58,334 bases of DNA from Rickettsiales bacterium. GTDB taxonomy: Bacteria > Pseudomonadota > Alphaproteobacteria > Rickettsiales > BLZN01. Positions 29,746 through 40,358 of this stretch are shown here, piece by piece; position 1 is the stretch's first letter, and each line of letters begins with the position of its first letter. A program made the position numbers and the translations under genes. Below the pieces are notes generated by a model. The model saw only the letters and a program-made list of their open reading frames with translations. It was not told the origin of the DNA and made no database searches. The stretch spans positions 1-58,334 of the forward strand of contig BLZN01000132.1 of NCBI GenBank assembly GCA_014132315.1, read 5' to 3'.

Positions 29746-30630
29746 ATGAAAACTCAATTAATCAAAAAATTACGCGAAGTTACGGGAGCAGGAATCGTGG
29801 ATTGCAAGCTAGCGCTGCAGGAGAGCAACTTTGACATAGAAAAAGCTTTGGAATACTTACGTAAAAAAGGAGTTGCCGCTGCAAGAAAAAGACATGGTAG
29901 AGATACATCTGAAGGCCTGATAGCGCTGCAAATTCAGGAAAACAAAGGTGCCTTGGTGGCATTATATTCAGAAACAGACTTCGTCGCCCGCAATGCAACT
30001 TTCCAGAATCTAGCAAAAAATCTTGCCAGTCTAGCTCTTGATAATTTTACAGACCTTGAGTCCTTTAGCAAGACGCCATATCCTAGCTCGCAATCAACAG
30101 TAGCAGAGGAGATTGCAAATAACATATCCACTACAGGAGAAAATATTGCCCTGAAGCAGGTGACTGTCTTGAGCGTTGGGCAAGGAGCAATATTGCATTA
30201 TGTTCATAGCCCGATAGCAGCCAATTTAGGCAAAATAGGAGTATTGGTTGCACTGGAATCAGCAGCACCAAAAACCCAGCTGCAGGAGCTCGGGAAAAAT
30301 CTGGCAATGCAAATTGCCGCAACCAAACCTGATGCTTTATCAATCGAAACTCTGGATAAAAGAAAAATCGAGAAAGAACGAGATATCATCGCCGAGCAAG
30401 TGCGTCGACTCAACAAACCCGACAATATTTCCGCAAAGATGATCGAGGGAAGACTAAAGAAATACTTCGCAGACGCAGTTTTATTGGAGCAGGCGTGCAT
30501 AGCTGATAACAAAATCACGGTCAGGGAGCTGATTGCAGCAACAGAAAAGCAGCTGGGTGAATCAATCAGGATTGCCGGCTATAGAATGCTAATACTCGGG
30601 GAGCATAACGCGCTATATACTCATGGCTAA
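29746..30630 (+). CDS. tsf: Elongation factor Ts
   Basis: 294 aa with an N-terminal UBA-like region, LREVTGAGIVDCKLALQESNFDIEKALEYLRKKG. Confidence 0.95.
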   Translation: MKTQLIKKLREVTGAGIVDCKLALQESNFDIEKALEYLRKKGVAAARKRHGRDTSEGLIALQIQENKGALVALYSETDFVARNATFQNLAKNLASLALDNFTDLESFSKTPYPSSQSTVAEEIANNISTTGENIALKQVTVLSVGQGAILHYVHSPIAANLGKIGVLVALESAAPKTQLQELGKNLAMQIAATKPDALSIETLDKRKIEKERDIIAEQVRRLNKPDNISAKMIEGRLKKYFADAVLLEQACIADNKITVRELIAATEKQLGESIRIAGYRMLILGEHNALYTHG

Positions 30631-30639
30631 CTAAATTTT

Positions 30640-31350
30640 ATGCATAACTATAAAAGAGTTTTGATCAAAATATCTGGCGAAGCTCTTATGGGTGAATCTG
30701 GCAAGGTGCATAACCTAGAAGTCATTAATTATATTGCAGCGCAAATTCAGCAAATACATAGTGCAGATATACAAATTTGCCTTGTCGTTGGCGGAGGTAA
30801 TATTTACAGAGGCAATGCAGAAAAAGCAGGGGGAATAGAAAGAGCAAGCGGGGACTATATAGGGATGCTTGCTACGGTCATTAACGCGCTCGCTATACAA
30901 AATGCGATTGAGCACCTGGCAGTGCCCTGCAGAGTGCTATCTGCGCTGAGTATGACCACAATTTGTGAGCCATATATCAGAAGAAGAGCGATACGTCACC
31001 TGGAAAAAAAAAGAGTGGTGATCTTCGCTGCAGGGACCGGCAACCCTTTTTTCTCAACTGATACCGCTGCTGCCTTGAGGGCGGCCGAGATGGGCTGTGA
31101 TATCCTGATGAAGGCAACGCAGGTGGATGGCGTATATTCCGCGGATCCGAAGGTGCACAAAAATGCGATAAGATTTGCGCATATATCATACCAGGAGGTA
31201 ATATCAAAAGACTTGCGAGTAATGGATACGGCTGCTATATCTTTAGCAAAAGAAAATAATATACCGATTATAATTTTTTCTTTAAAAAATAGTAATATGC
31301 TTTTGGATATTTTAAAGGGCAAGGGAGTTTATACTTTAATTGCAGATTAG
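30640..31350 (+). CDS. pyrH: UMP kinase
   Basis: 236 aa with the motifs KRVLIKISGEAL, VVGGGNIYRG and GTGNPFFSTDTAAALRA. Confidence 0.95.
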   Translation: MHNYKRVLIKISGEALMGESGKVHNLEVINYIAAQIQQIHSADIQICLVVGGGNIYRGNAEKAGGIERASGDYIGMLATVINALAIQNAIEHLAVPCRVLSALSMTTICEPYIRRRAIRHLEKKRVVIFAAGTGNPFFSTDTAAALRAAEMGCDILMKATQVDGVYSADPKVHKNAIRFAHISYQEVISKDLRVMDTAAISLAKENNIPIIIFSLKNSNMLLDILKGKGVYTLIAD

Positions 31351-31355
31351 TTATT

Positions 31356-31907
31356 ATGTTTGAAGAAATTAAAGAAAACGCAAAAAAAAGAATGGAAGGT
31401 GCGATAGCAGCTCTGCATACCGAGCTTCAAGGCTTAAGGACAGGGCGCGCTAGTGCAGAGCTACTAAATCCAGCGATAGTTGAGATATATGGTGGAAAAT
31501 TCAAAATCAATCAATTAGCAAGCATCAGTGTCCCAGAGCCAAAGATGCTCATAATACAAGTCTGGGAGCAGGGCAATGTGGATAAAATAATAAAAGCAAT
31601 CACAAACGCTAATTTGGGCCTCAGCCCAGCCGCAGAAGGTGCAACAATAAGGATAATCATACCTGACATGAGCGAGGAGAGACGCAAAGAAATGGCGCAG
31701 ATTGCATATAAATGTGCGGAGCAAACAAAAATATCCATTAGAAATGTAAGGCGGGACGCAGTCACCAAGCTCAAACAAATAAAAAAAGATATACCGGAAG
31801 ATGAGCATCATCATCATTTGGATGCCATTCAAAAACTCACTGATAATATGATCAAGACGGTGGATCAGATGTCAGCAAAGAAACAAGAAGATATTTTGAA
31901 TATATAA
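31356..31907 (+). CDS. frr: Ribosome recycling factor
   Basis: 183 aa with the typical RRF pattern (LRTGRASAELL, IPDMSEERRKEM). Confidence 0.95.
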   Translation: MFEEIKENAKKRMEGAIAALHTELQGLRTGRASAELLNPAIVEIYGGKFKINQLASISVPEPKMLIIQVWEQGNVDKIIKAITNANLGLSPAAEGATIRIIIPDMSEERRKEMAQIAYKCAEQTKISIRNVRRDAVTKLKQIKKDIPEDEHHHHLDAIQKLTDNMIKTVDQMSAKKQEDILNI

Positions 31908-31921
31908 TCTATAACTATAGC

Positions 31922-32599
31922 ATGCCCAAGCCTGCAGCGTTAGTGCTTTGTGCCCTGATCTCCTCAGCGTTACTCTTTGCGCTAGGAGGCTGGCAGCTCA
32001 AGAGACTGCAATGGAAAAAACAATTGCTGAGCAAGATGGAAGTCAGGCTGGCCCTGCCAGCAAGACAAATTGCGGCTGCTGAAGACATAGAATATAGCAG
32101 AGTGGTGGTTATAGGCAGTCCACAGAGCGATAAAAACATACACCTATACTCGTATCGTGGCAAAGAATTGGGCTATGACATAATACTACCACTAAAAATC
32201 TCAAACAAAGGCACGGAAGATATAGTACTGATCAGCACAGGCTGGAGAAAGATTGAGGCACCGTCAGAGAGCCCAAAAAACTCAAGTTATCATCAAGAAA
32301 TCAAAGGAATAGCGGAGCCCATAAAAAACAAAACAGTGTTTTTTGTTAAAAATAACCTCGAAAAAAATAAATGGTATCGTCTAAATATGCAGGATATAAG
32401 GGAATATTTTGGCAGCGACCAAATAAAACCTTACGTTGTATGGCAAGAAGAAGAATTCCTGCGACAGCACAAGAATATACCAGTTAATCATCATTTAGGA
32501 TATGCAATCATGTGGTGCACACTGGGCATAATTTCAATCGTGATTTGGTCGATAAAATTTTTCCAGAATCTCCAGCATTGCCGACAAAAAATCAAATAA
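31922..32599 (+). CDS. SURF1-family cytochrome oxidase assembly protein
   Basis: 225 aa with an N-terminal TM segment followed by GGWQLKRLQWKKQLL, and a C-terminal TM segment with HLGYAIMW, typical of SURF1/Shy1. Confidence 0.85.
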   Translation: MPKPAALVLCALISSALLFALGGWQLKRLQWKKQLLSKMEVRLALPARQIAAAEDIEYSRVVVIGSPQSDKNIHLYSYRGKELGYDIILPLKISNKGTEDIVLISTGWRKIEAPSESPKNSSYHQEIKGIAEPIKNKTVFFVKNNLEKNKWYRLNMQDIREYFGSDQIKPYVVWQEEEFLRQHKNIPVNHHLGYAIMWCTLGIISIVIWSIKFFQNLQHCRQKIK

Positions 32600-32604
32600 A
32601 GCTG

Positions 32605-33930
32605 TTAAATAAAATTTTTGATTTCCTTGATATGGGAAATTCTATGCGTATTGATCCCGCTAGCCTCAAGATTCTTGGCTCCCTTGGGAATAATCGCATC
32701 CTTAAAGCCAATCTTGCTCGCCTCCTTAAGCCTTGATTGGATGCTCGGTACTGCTCTGACCATGCCAGACAGACAAAGCTCGCCAAGCACAACAAAATTC
32801 CTAGGTATCACAACATCCAGCACAGCAGAGACCAGAGCGAGCGCCACTGCTAAATCTGCCGCAGGCTCCTGAATTTTTATTCCGCCGGTCACGCTCAGAT
32901 AAATCTCCTTATCCCCCAGCGACAAACCATAACGAGAATTGAGAATCGCGACGATCATCGCCAGTCTATTGCTGTCCCAGCCCACGACCGCACGACGAGG
33001 TATGGCCATATAGCTGGGCGCAACCAAAGCCTGTATTTCAACCAGAATCGGCCTAGTGCCTTCCATACCGGCAAAAACCACGCACCCGCTGCTGGGGCTA
33101 TATTCAGACAAAAATAGCTCGGATGGATTATGCATTTCTTTCAAGCCATCACTGCGCATCTCAAAAACGGCAATCTCATTAGACGCGCCAAAACGATTCT
33201 TGGTAGACCTCAGCATACGGAATTGGTCATTACCCTCAAAAGTCAACACAACATCCACCATATGTTCCAAAGTTTTGGGACCAGCAATCTGGCCATCTTT
33301 GTTGATATGCCCCACCAGAATTAGAGTAATGTTCAGCTCTTTTGCCATCTCAGCTAGCTTAGCAGCACAGAATCTAACCTGTGCAATAGTCCCAGGAGCT
33401 GAGCCAAGTTGATTAGTGCACATGGTTTGAATTGAGTCAATCACCAGAAAGCCTATCTTTCCTTGCATGGCACTAATAGTTTTGATGATGTCATCTATAG
33501 CAGCTGCGGACATCAGCAAAATAGAGCCAGCATCTATGCCGAGACGTCTGGCCCTAATGCTGATTTGTCTGGCAGATTCCTCCCCGGAAACATAAAGACA
33601 TTGGGCGCTGCCCTTGGAAATGCCGGCAAGCAGTTGCAGGAGCAAAGTGGACTTACCAACCCCAGGATTACCGCTGATCAAAGCTATGGAGCCACTGATG
33701 AGGCCCCCGCCCAGCACCCTATCCATCTCGCTATAGTTGGTTTTGATACGCAATTCGGGATCAAAATCATAATCTACGCTGCGTACCTCCAGCAGGCTGC
33801 CTGAAGCCTTGCTTGATCTATCTTCTTCCAGGCTGTTCCACTCGCCGCAGGCACCACACTGCCCAGACCATTTGCTGGCTAAATTACCGCAAGATATACA
33901 GACGTATTGCGTTAACTTTTTCTTTACCAT
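32605..33930 (-). CDS. radA: DNA repair protein RadA (Sms)
   Basis: 441 aa with a zinc finger (CISCGNLASKWSGQCGACGEW), Walker A GNPGVGKST, the KNRFG motif and a Lon-like C-terminal domain. Confidence 0.93.
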   Translation of the reverse strand: MVKKKLTQYVCISCGNLASKWSGQCGACGEWNSLEEDRSSKASGSLLEVRSVDYDFDPELRIKTNYSEMDRVLGGGLISGSIALISGNPGVGKSTLLLQLLAGISKGSAQCLYVSGEESARQISIRARRLGIDAGSILLMSAAAIDDIIKTISAMQGKIGFLVIDSIQTMCTNQLGSAPGTIAQVRFCAAKLAEMAKELNITLILVGHINKDGQIAGPKTLEHMVDVVLTFEGNDQFRMLRSTKNRFGASNEIAVFEMRSDGLKEMHNPSELFLSEYSPSSGCVVFAGMEGTRPILVEIQALVAPSYMAIPRRAVVGWDSNRLAMIVAILNSRYGLSLGDKEIYLSVTGGIKIQEPAADLAVALALVSAVLDVVIPRNFVVLGELCLSGMVRAVPSIQSRLKEASKIGFKDAIIPKGAKNLEASGINTHRISHIKEIKNFI

Positions 33931-34294
33931 TCGACAAATAAACTAGCATGGAGTTTGAGCCTCTAGCAAGCTAGAAGTAAACATGTAATATTTATAGTTA
34001 AAATATGATAAAAATTAATATATATCAATATTCAAATAGTGAACTCAATATTATAAATCTTGAGAGTTTATCGCCAAAAGTAACTTTACAGCAACATTAT
34101 AAAACAAAAGACAAAAAAAATAAATATTGTACTTGCAAAGATTGTAGTAAGTATGGATAAATAAATATTATAGATTAGAAATATTTCAGCGGTAAAGACA
34201 TGGATAAAAATTTAAGTTATTATATAGAAGATAAACCAATTAAAAATACACTAAGTATCATCTGGTTAACTAGCATTCTACAAGGGAGGTGGAT

Positions 34295-35041
34295 ATGATG
34301 CGCGCTTTATTAGTCGAAGACGATGCTGCAACGGCTCGCTCAATAGAGCTGGCGTTAGCATTGGAAGAAATTATGTGCGACACCGTGGAGCTGGGTGAAG
34401 AAGGAATCGAAGTCAGCAAGCTCTATGATTACGACTTTATGATTCTAGATAGAATACTACCAGACATGGATGGTCATGAAGTATTGGTCAGAATCAGAAA
34501 AGCACAAATAAAAATTCCGGTACTTATTTTATCCGGTATCTCAAGTATAGAAAGTAAAGTCAAAGGACTAGGCTTCGGAGCAGACGACTATCTGACTAAG
34601 CCGTTTAATAGAAGCGAGCTGATTGCGCGACTGCAGGCAATTGTGCGTCGCTCGAAAGGACATCCAGACTCAATCGTAAAAGTTGGCAATCTAGAGCTTA
34701 ATCTTGATAATAGAACAGTAACGGTTGCAGGCAAGCCAGTGCATCTAACTACCAAGGAATATGGAATACTCGAGCTTTTGGTGTTGCGCAACGGCGCCGT
34801 GCTCACAAAAGAAATGTTCTTGAATCACTTATATGGCGCAGTAGACACAGAGCCGGAATGCAAAATCATCGATGTGTTTATATGCAAATTACGTAGGAAA
34901 CTTTACGAAGCATCGCCAGAACCTCTCATAGAAACAGTATGGGGACAAGGATATACATTAAAGAAACCTAGGGATGACGAGGATGAAGCTGACACTGCCG
35001 ATCAAGTATCAGCAGCAGGCTCTATTCCTAGCGAAGTTTAA
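34295..35041 (+). CDS. ctrA: Cell-cycle response regulator CtrA (OmpR family)
   Basis: Close resemblance to CtrA: EDD...[33 protein letters not shown]...[53 protein letters not shown] Shine-Dalgarno at 34283-34289. The ORF-track GTG at 34289 overlaps the SD, so I use the ATG at 34295 (34298 is also possible). Confidence 0.88.
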   Translation: MMRALLVEDDAATARSIELALALEEIMCDTVELGEEGIEVSKLYDYDFMILDRILPDMDGHEVLVRIRKAQIKIPVLILSGISSIESKVKGLGFGADDYLTKPFNRSELIARLQAIVRRSKGHPDSIVKVGNLELNLDNRTVTVAGKPVHLTTKEYGILELLVLRNGAVLTKEMFLNHLYGAVDTEPECKIIDVFICKLRRKLYEASPEPLIETVWGQGYTLKKPRDDEDEADTADQVSAAGSIPSEV

Positions 35042-35091
35042 AAATTAGCTCTCCAGGCAAGAGATTATCTTATTCTACATAGCAATAACAT

Positions 35092-37161
35092 CTAATTTTT
35101 AGGATTTTCATTAATGAGTATAGCCCTCTTGCCAGTATGACTCGGAGGGCTAACTATCTTGTTTTGCTCCATTTGCTCAACCAAGCTAGCTGCCCTATTA
35201 TATCCAATTCTTAGCTGTCTCTGGATATAGCTAACAGAGACTTTATTGTCTCGCAGAATGATGCTAATTGCCTTGTCATAAAGATTTTGGTCCGGCCCAG
35301 GGCCGGTCTCAGGCTGCGTATCCGCAAAAGCCATAATACTTTCAACATATTCCGGCTCGCCCCTTTCCTTCAAAAAGGATACCACCTTCTGCACTTCCTC
35401 GTCGCTCACAAAAGGCCCGTGCAACCTGGTGATTTTGCTGCCCCCAGACATATAAAGCATGTCTCCCATCCCAAGCAGCCTCTCTGCCCCCTGCTCTCCC
35501 AATATCGTTCTGCTATCTATGCGTGAAGTGACTGCAAAGCTTATGCGCGTTGGAAAATTGGCCTTGATCACGCCCGTGATCACGTCAACCGAGGGGCGTT
35601 GCGTTGCCATGATGATGTGTATGCCCGCTGCCCTAGCCATTTGCGCCAGCCGCTGCACAGAAACCTCTATGTCCTTTCCAGCTACTAACATCAAATCAGC
35701 CATCTCATCAACCACAACCACAATAAAAGGCATATGCTTAGGCCCTTGCGATTTGGTCTTGATGGAGCTTCTTGTGCTGCTGGAATGCAGAATATCCTTC
35801 AGTTTCTTGTTATAGCCAGTGATGTTGCGCACCCCAAACTCAGACATCAAACGATACCTCTCCTCCATCTCCCTCACTACCCATTTCAGCGCCACCACCG
35901 CCTCCTTAGCCTCGGTCACCACCGGGGTCATCAGGTGGGGTATGCCATCATAAACAGAAAGTTCGAGCATCTTTGGGTCAATCATTATCAGCTTACACTG
36001 ATCGGGAGTGAGTTTATAAAGTATGGATAAAATCATCGCATTGATCGCCACAGATTTGCCGGAGCCAGTGGTGCCAGCAACCAACAAATGCGGCATCTTC
36101 GCCAGATCCGCCACTACAGGATCACCGGCAATGGTCTTGCCCAGCACCAAAGGCAGAATCAAAGAGCCGTCTGCATAATCGTTGCTTTCCAGCAAATCGC
36201 GCAAAAATACTATCTCGCGATCTTTATTAGGCAGCTCAATCCCCATGGCGTTTCTGCCCGGTATCACCGCAATGCGTGCAGAGATTGCGCTCATAGATCG
36301 CGCCACGTCATCCGCAAGACCTATAACCCTGGAAGATTTAATTCCCGCCGCAGGCTCCAACTCATAGAGCGTCACAACCGGACCGGGCTTCACATTGGCT
36401 ATGCTGCCCTTCACCCCGAAATCCTGTAGTGTTTTAAGCAGAGACTGGGTGTTGTCCTGTAGCAAATGATTAGATATTTTCTTCAAACGTTGGCTGCTGG
36501 GCTTTAGAATCCCCAGAGGAGGCAAGATATAAGCCGCCCTACTCTTATTAATTTCTTTACTATTATTAATTTTAGCACGCTGCTTTGGATCTCTGAGCTG
36601 AGCTGAGCTGCTGGGCTTTGTTTTTTTCTTGAGGCTTTTTATATCGCTGCTAGAAGAAGAATGAAGATTTAAAAAAATCAAACCAAGCGAACAAGAAATC
36701 AGCAGCAACATCAGGGCAATCACAACAGACCAGGAGAAGCTGAAATGACGCAGTGCGAATTTTTTTATTTCCTCGCCAAACCAGCCCCCTCCCTCAATAT
36801 CACCAAGCAACAGCGCCAGCAACAGGCAAAATGATCCTGTGGACAGCAGAACCAGTAGGAAAGCAGGCGCTGATACTCCTATCTTTTTGCCAAATAACGC
36901 CCTAAAACCCCCGGTAAAAAATAGAAAAATAACCCCAATGCTTCCCCAGCCAAAAAGCTGCAGCACAGCAGTGGCTGCATAAGCCCCCACACTACCAGCG
37001 ATGCTGCCCAAAAAATCATAGTTAAATAAAATCGCAATAAGATAGATAGCAAAATAAAACAGCAAAAAAGCATATAAATATGCCAGTGTAACTCGACGAA
37101 TTTTCTGGGTTAAATTTAAACTAGCACTTTGCATAAGAACCCAAGCACAAACTAGGATCAA
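35092..37161 (-). CDS. ftsK: DNA translocase FtsK
   Basis: 689 aa with an N-terminal 4-TM domain, a short Ser/Lys-rich linker, an AAA motor (Walker A GTTGSGKS) and a C-terminal gamma winged-helix domain ([25 protein letters not shown]). Confidence 0.92.
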   Translation of the reverse strand: MILVCAWVLMQSASLNLTQKIRRVTLAYLYAFLLFYFAIYLIAILFNYDFLGSIAGSVGAYAATAVLQLFGWGSIGVIFLFFTGGFRALFGKKIGVSAPAFLLVLLSTGSFCLLLALLLGDIEGGGWFGEEIKKFALRHFSFSWSVVIALMLLLISCSLGLIFLNLHSSSSSDIKSLKKKTKPSSSAQLRDPKQRAKINNSKEINKSRAAYILPPLGILKPSSQRLKKISNHLLQDNTQSLLKTLQDFGVKGSIANVKPGPVVTLYELEPAAGIKSSRVIGLADDVARSMSAISARIAVIPGRNAMGIELPNKDREIVFLRDLLESNDYADGSLILPLVLGKTIAGDPVVADLAKMPHLLVAGTTGSGKSVAINAMILSILYKLTPDQCKLIMIDPKMLELSVYDGIPHLMTPVVTEAKEAVVALKWVVREMEERYRLMSEFGVRNITGYNKKLKDILHSSSTRSSIKTKSQGPKHMPFIVVVVDEMADLMLVAGKDIEVSVQRLAQMARAAGIHIIMATQRPSVDVITGVIKANFPTRISFAVTSRIDSRTILGEQGAERLLGMGDMLYMSGGSKITRLHGPFVSDEEVQKVVSFLKERGEPEYVESIMAFADTQPETGPGPDQNLYDKAISIILRDNKVSVSYIQRQLRIGYNRAASLVEQMEQNKIVSPPSHTGKRAILINENPKN

Positions 37162-37250
37162 TCTCTGTCAATATAATCGCAAGGATATAAAAAACAAAAC
37201 AAGTATAATTAAAAATCTATTAAGAGACCATGAATGCAAACAAACTAAAG

Positions 37251-37279
37251 TTGACTACACAAGAATAATGCTATATTTA
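37251..37279 (+). promoter_or_regulatory. Candidate promoter upstream of tRNA-Pro
   Basis: TTGACT (37251-37256), then either TATATT after a 15-nt spacer or TATTTA after a 17-nt spacer. It ends about 12 nt before the tRNA 5' end. Pattern match only. Confidence 0.3.
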
Positions 37280-37290
37280 TTAAGGGCCAA

Positions 37291-37369
<79 letters not shown>

Positions 37370-37395
37370 TGTCAAGGATAGCAATAAACATAGCA

Positions 37396-38613
37396 ATGTC
37401 CAAAAACAATATATATACAATACTCGATATAGGCACAGCAAAGACGCTCTGCCTCATGACAAGAATAACCAACAAAGAAGAACCAGAGGTAATAGGCATG
37501 GGACATGTGCCATCCCAAGGCATAAATTCAGGCACCGTCACAGACATAAAAAAAGCCGCCGCTGCAGTAGAGATCGCAGCAAGAGACGCAGAGCAGATGG
37601 CAGGAGAGAAAATAAGCCAGGTTTATCTGAGCGTCTCAGGCCACAATACATTCTCCTTAATCTCCAAAGTTGAGGTCATGACCGAAAGCGGCAAAATTAC
37701 TGAGCATGACATGCAAAATTTAACCAGAAAAGGCCTCATCACAGAAAAAAATAATATATCAATAATTCATTGCATACCGATAGATTACACAGTCGACGGC
37801 CTGAAAGGAATTAGCAACCCAGCAGGAATGCAAGGAAAAAGACTGGGTGCACGGCTGCACATCATCGCTGCCCACAAATCAAGATTGCGTAATATTTCGC
37901 AATGCCTCGCGCAATGCGGCATAAATATTACCGACCATATTGCATCGGCCTATAGCACAGGCTTTGCGTGTCTCGACCAGAATGAGCGGGATATCGGCAG
38001 CATAATGCTGGATATCGGGGCCAAAAACACTACAATAGCAGCCTACCAAGATAACAACATGATATATTCCGACTTTGTGCCGCTAGGAGGGCTGCACATC
38101 ACCAAAGACATAGCATGCGGCTTATCAATCTCAATAGAGCAAGCAGAAAAAGTAAAAACCTCATATGGTAGCGCCTTGGAAAACATAAACAACCAGAATG
38201 AACTGGTAGAAATCTCAGATTCGGGTAATAGCCAGCAAAACATTTTAGTGCCTAAAACAACAATCAATGGCATAATCAATGCAAGAGCGGAAGAAATTTT
38301 TGAGCTAGTACGCGACAAACTCAAAGATGAGCGCATCGATGAATCAATTACTGGCAGAGTTGTCCTCACAGGTGGCTGCAGCAAGTTATTAAAAATACAA
38401 GAGCTCGCTGCAAGAATAATGCATGCGCACACAAGAATAGGCGTAGCAGCTACAATTAAAGGAATTGAGGAAAATGACCTGTCTTATACAGCTGCAATTG
38501 GCACGATAATGTTCATAAAAGAACAATCAGGAGTAAAAAGCAAGGTAATCCAGAGACAAAAAAAAGGGTTTATTGAAAATTTCTGGCAATGGATCAAAGA
38601 AGCAACAACCTAG
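37396..38613 (+). CDS. ftsA: Cell division protein FtsA
   Basis: Actin/HSP70-fold motifs ([28 protein letters not shown]). The ORF-track start at 37297 lies inside the tRNA gene. Plausible starts are the ATG at 37396 (MSKNNIY...) or the ATG at 37369. Confidence 0.88.
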   Translation: MSKNNIYTILDIGTAKTLCLMTRITNKEEPEVIGMGHVPSQGINSGTVTDIKKAAAAVEIAARDAEQMAGEKISQVYLSVSGHNTFSLISKVEVMTESGKITEHDMQNLTRKGLITEKNNISIIHCIPIDYTVDGLKGISNPAGMQGKRLGARLHIIAAHKSRLRNISQCLAQCGINITDHIASAYSTGFACLDQNERDIGSIMLDIGAKNTTIAAYQDNNMIYSDFVPLGGLHITKDIACGLSISIEQAEKVKTSYGSALENINNQNELVEISDSGNSQQNILVPKTTINGIINARAEEIFELVRDKLKDERIDESITGRVVLTGGCSKLLKIQELAARIMHAHTRIGVAATIKGIEENDLSYTAAIGTIMFIKEQSGVKSKVIQRQKKGFIENFWQWIKEATT

Positions 38614-39278
38614 CAAATCAAGGGATGCAAAATCTGAGCTGTCTGCACTTGGAAGCAAAAGAGAAAGAGCCAAAAAAGCTGGCAGTGGCGGTGCATGGCT
38701 TCGGCGCCTCTGCGGTAGATCTTTTCGGGCTTGCACGGAATATTGCAAATGCCTTGCCAGATACCTATTTTATATTGCCGAATGCACCTAATGCTTGCAG
38801 AGCAAACCCCGAAGGCTTTGAATGGTTTGACTTGTCTTCCACAACAGAAGAATCGATGTTAAGGGGCCTGAAGCAAGCAACAATAGCACTCAATGTCACT
38901 ATAGATCACCACCTACAAAAGCTCAGCTTCAAACAAAACCAGCTGATATTCATCGGTTTTTCTCAAGGGGCAATGCTAAGTATGCACGCCGGCTTGCGTC
39001 GCAAAGGAGGCTGCCGCGCAATAGTCTCATTTTCCGGGGCGCTGGTAGGAGGAGCAGAGCTGCTGAAAGAAGAAATATCATCAAGACCAAAAATATGCCT
39101 AATACACGGCAAGCAAGACGAGGTTGTGCCCTTCTCTGCGCTCAAAATATCTCAAGAAAAGCTGCAGCAGAACAACGTAGCAGCAGAGACCTTTGCCCTC
39201 GATAACCTTGGACACTGCATAAGCCAGCAAGGCATAGAAATTGCGATTGATTTTTTGCGTCGCTCTGCAAATACCTAG
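38589..39278 (+). CDS. Phospholipase/carboxylesterase-family alpha/beta hydrolase
   Basis: 229 aa with nucleophile elbow GFSQGA plus a downstream Asp/His region (HGKQDEVVP, LGHCI). The start is uncertain: 38589 overlaps ftsA by 25 nt, and the alternative ATG is at 38625. Confidence 0.75.
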   Translation: MDQRSNNLANQGMQNLSCLHLEAKEKEPKKLAVAVHGFGASAVDLFGLARNIANALPDTYFILPNAPNACRANPEGFEWFDLSSTTEESMLRGLKQATIALNVTIDHHLQKLSFKQNQLIFIGFSQGAMLSMHAGLRRKGGCRAIVSFSGALVGGAELLKEEISSRPKICLIHGKQDEVVPFSALKISQEKLQQNNVAAETFALDNLGHCISQQGIEIAIDFLRRSANT

Positions 39279-39913
39279 CCAACAAACCCCATTGCAACCA
39301 TATAAATCTCAGCAGAGCTAGGGTGGCTAGCGGCGGGCTTGAAATATTTTACCTTGTTAAAGTGTCGCTTTAAATTATCATATAGCTCCTGCTCCGTGCC
39401 GCCGCGCAACATCTTACACACAAAACAGCCACCCCTGGTTAGCACCTGGCAAGCAAAATCCGCGGCCTCCTCGCATAAATTCATCAGTCTTATGTGGTCG
39501 GTATAGGCGTCGCCACAAGAGAAAGGGGCCATATCAGAGAGGACCACATCCGCGGGTTTGTCCCGCAAGGAATCTTCGATTAAATTTTTGGCCTCAAGGA
39601 AGCTGCGGTTTATAAAATCAACGTTATCTATAGGATGCATACAAGCAGTGTCTACCGCTATGACCCTGCCATGCCTCCCCACTTTTGCTGCCGCGACCTG
39701 CGACCAACCGCCCGGCGCAGAACCCAAATCAATCGCCGCATGTCCGCTTTTGAGCAACTCGAACTTCTCATCAATCTGCAACAACTTATAGGCAGATCTG
39801 GAACGATAGCCCTCTATGGCAGCACATTTGGCATATCTATCATTCAGATGGCGTCTGAGCCAGCTAGTGGAAGATGGGGGGCGCCCTTTTGCGGTTTTGA
39901 CTCTTATTTTCAT
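39275..39913 (-). CDS. rlmE: 23S rRNA (uridine2552-2'-O)-methyltransferase RlmE (FtsJ)
   Basis: 212 aa with the motifs SWLRRHLNDRY, YRSRSAYKL and DLGSAPGGWSQV. Confidence 0.92.
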   Translation of the reverse strand: MKIRVKTAKGRPPSSTSWLRRHLNDRYAKCAAIEGYRSRSAYKLLQIDEKFELLKSGHAAIDLGSAPGGWSQVAAAKVGRHGRVIAVDTACMHPIDNVDFINRSFLEAKNLIEDSLRDKPADVVLSDMAPFSCGDAYTDHIRLMNLCEEAADFACQVLTRGGCFVCKMLRGGTEQELYDNLKRHFNKVKYFKPAASHPSSAEIYMVAMGFVG

Positions 39914-40356
39914 TTACCCGGCTTTCTCACATTTTTGGCATTCTGCGCCTTGACTTGCGAGGTCGTACCTTGCTTTTTAGAGAGCTTGTACCAAACACCA
40001 CCCACCAAACTCAGCATCTTATTGCGTAAGATATACAGAACATTCTTAAAACAGTATCTAAAAGCCTTAAAGATAAAATGCGGCAAAACAAACGCAGCTA
40101 TTAATTTAAATGCAGACCCGGCACCTAAATTTGCCTTCTGTGGCCACCAATATATAATATAATCATAGATATATTTATAAATTTTTTCGGGTTTATATAG
40201 CATTTTATGATAAATAAGTTGGTCGTAACCCTTTACAAAAACAATAAGCAGGATACCAGTCACCAAAAGATAGAAAGCAGCATATATCAGCTTCGGCATC
40301 ACTTTGCCTAAGCGCTCTATAAGCATCATGAACATCATGAAACGGAAAGCAAACAT
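39910..40356 (-). CDS. Hypothetical small membrane protein
   Basis: 148 aa with 2-3 hydrophobic segments, Tyr/Lys-rich, and a basic C-terminal tail. Lies 2 nt after the hslU stop, and its TGA overlaps the rlmE ATG (ATGA). I recognise no family. Confidence 0.55.
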   Translation of the reverse strand: MFAFRFMMFMMLIERLGKVMPKLIYAAFYLLVTGILLIVFVKGYDQLIYHKMLYKPEKIYKYIYDYIIYWWPQKANLGAGSAFKLIAAFVLPHFIFKAFRYCFKNVLYILRNKMLSLVGGVWYKLSKKQGTTSQVKAQNAKNVRKPGK

Positions 40357-40358
40357 AT

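Noticed and set aside
33955-33975. Near-palindrome TCTAGC-AA-GCTAGA just upstream of radA as a possible operator or SOS box
   Set aside because: It has only 6-bp arms and does not match the alphaproteobacterial GTTC-N7-GTTC LexA direct-repeat pattern. The evidence is insufficient.
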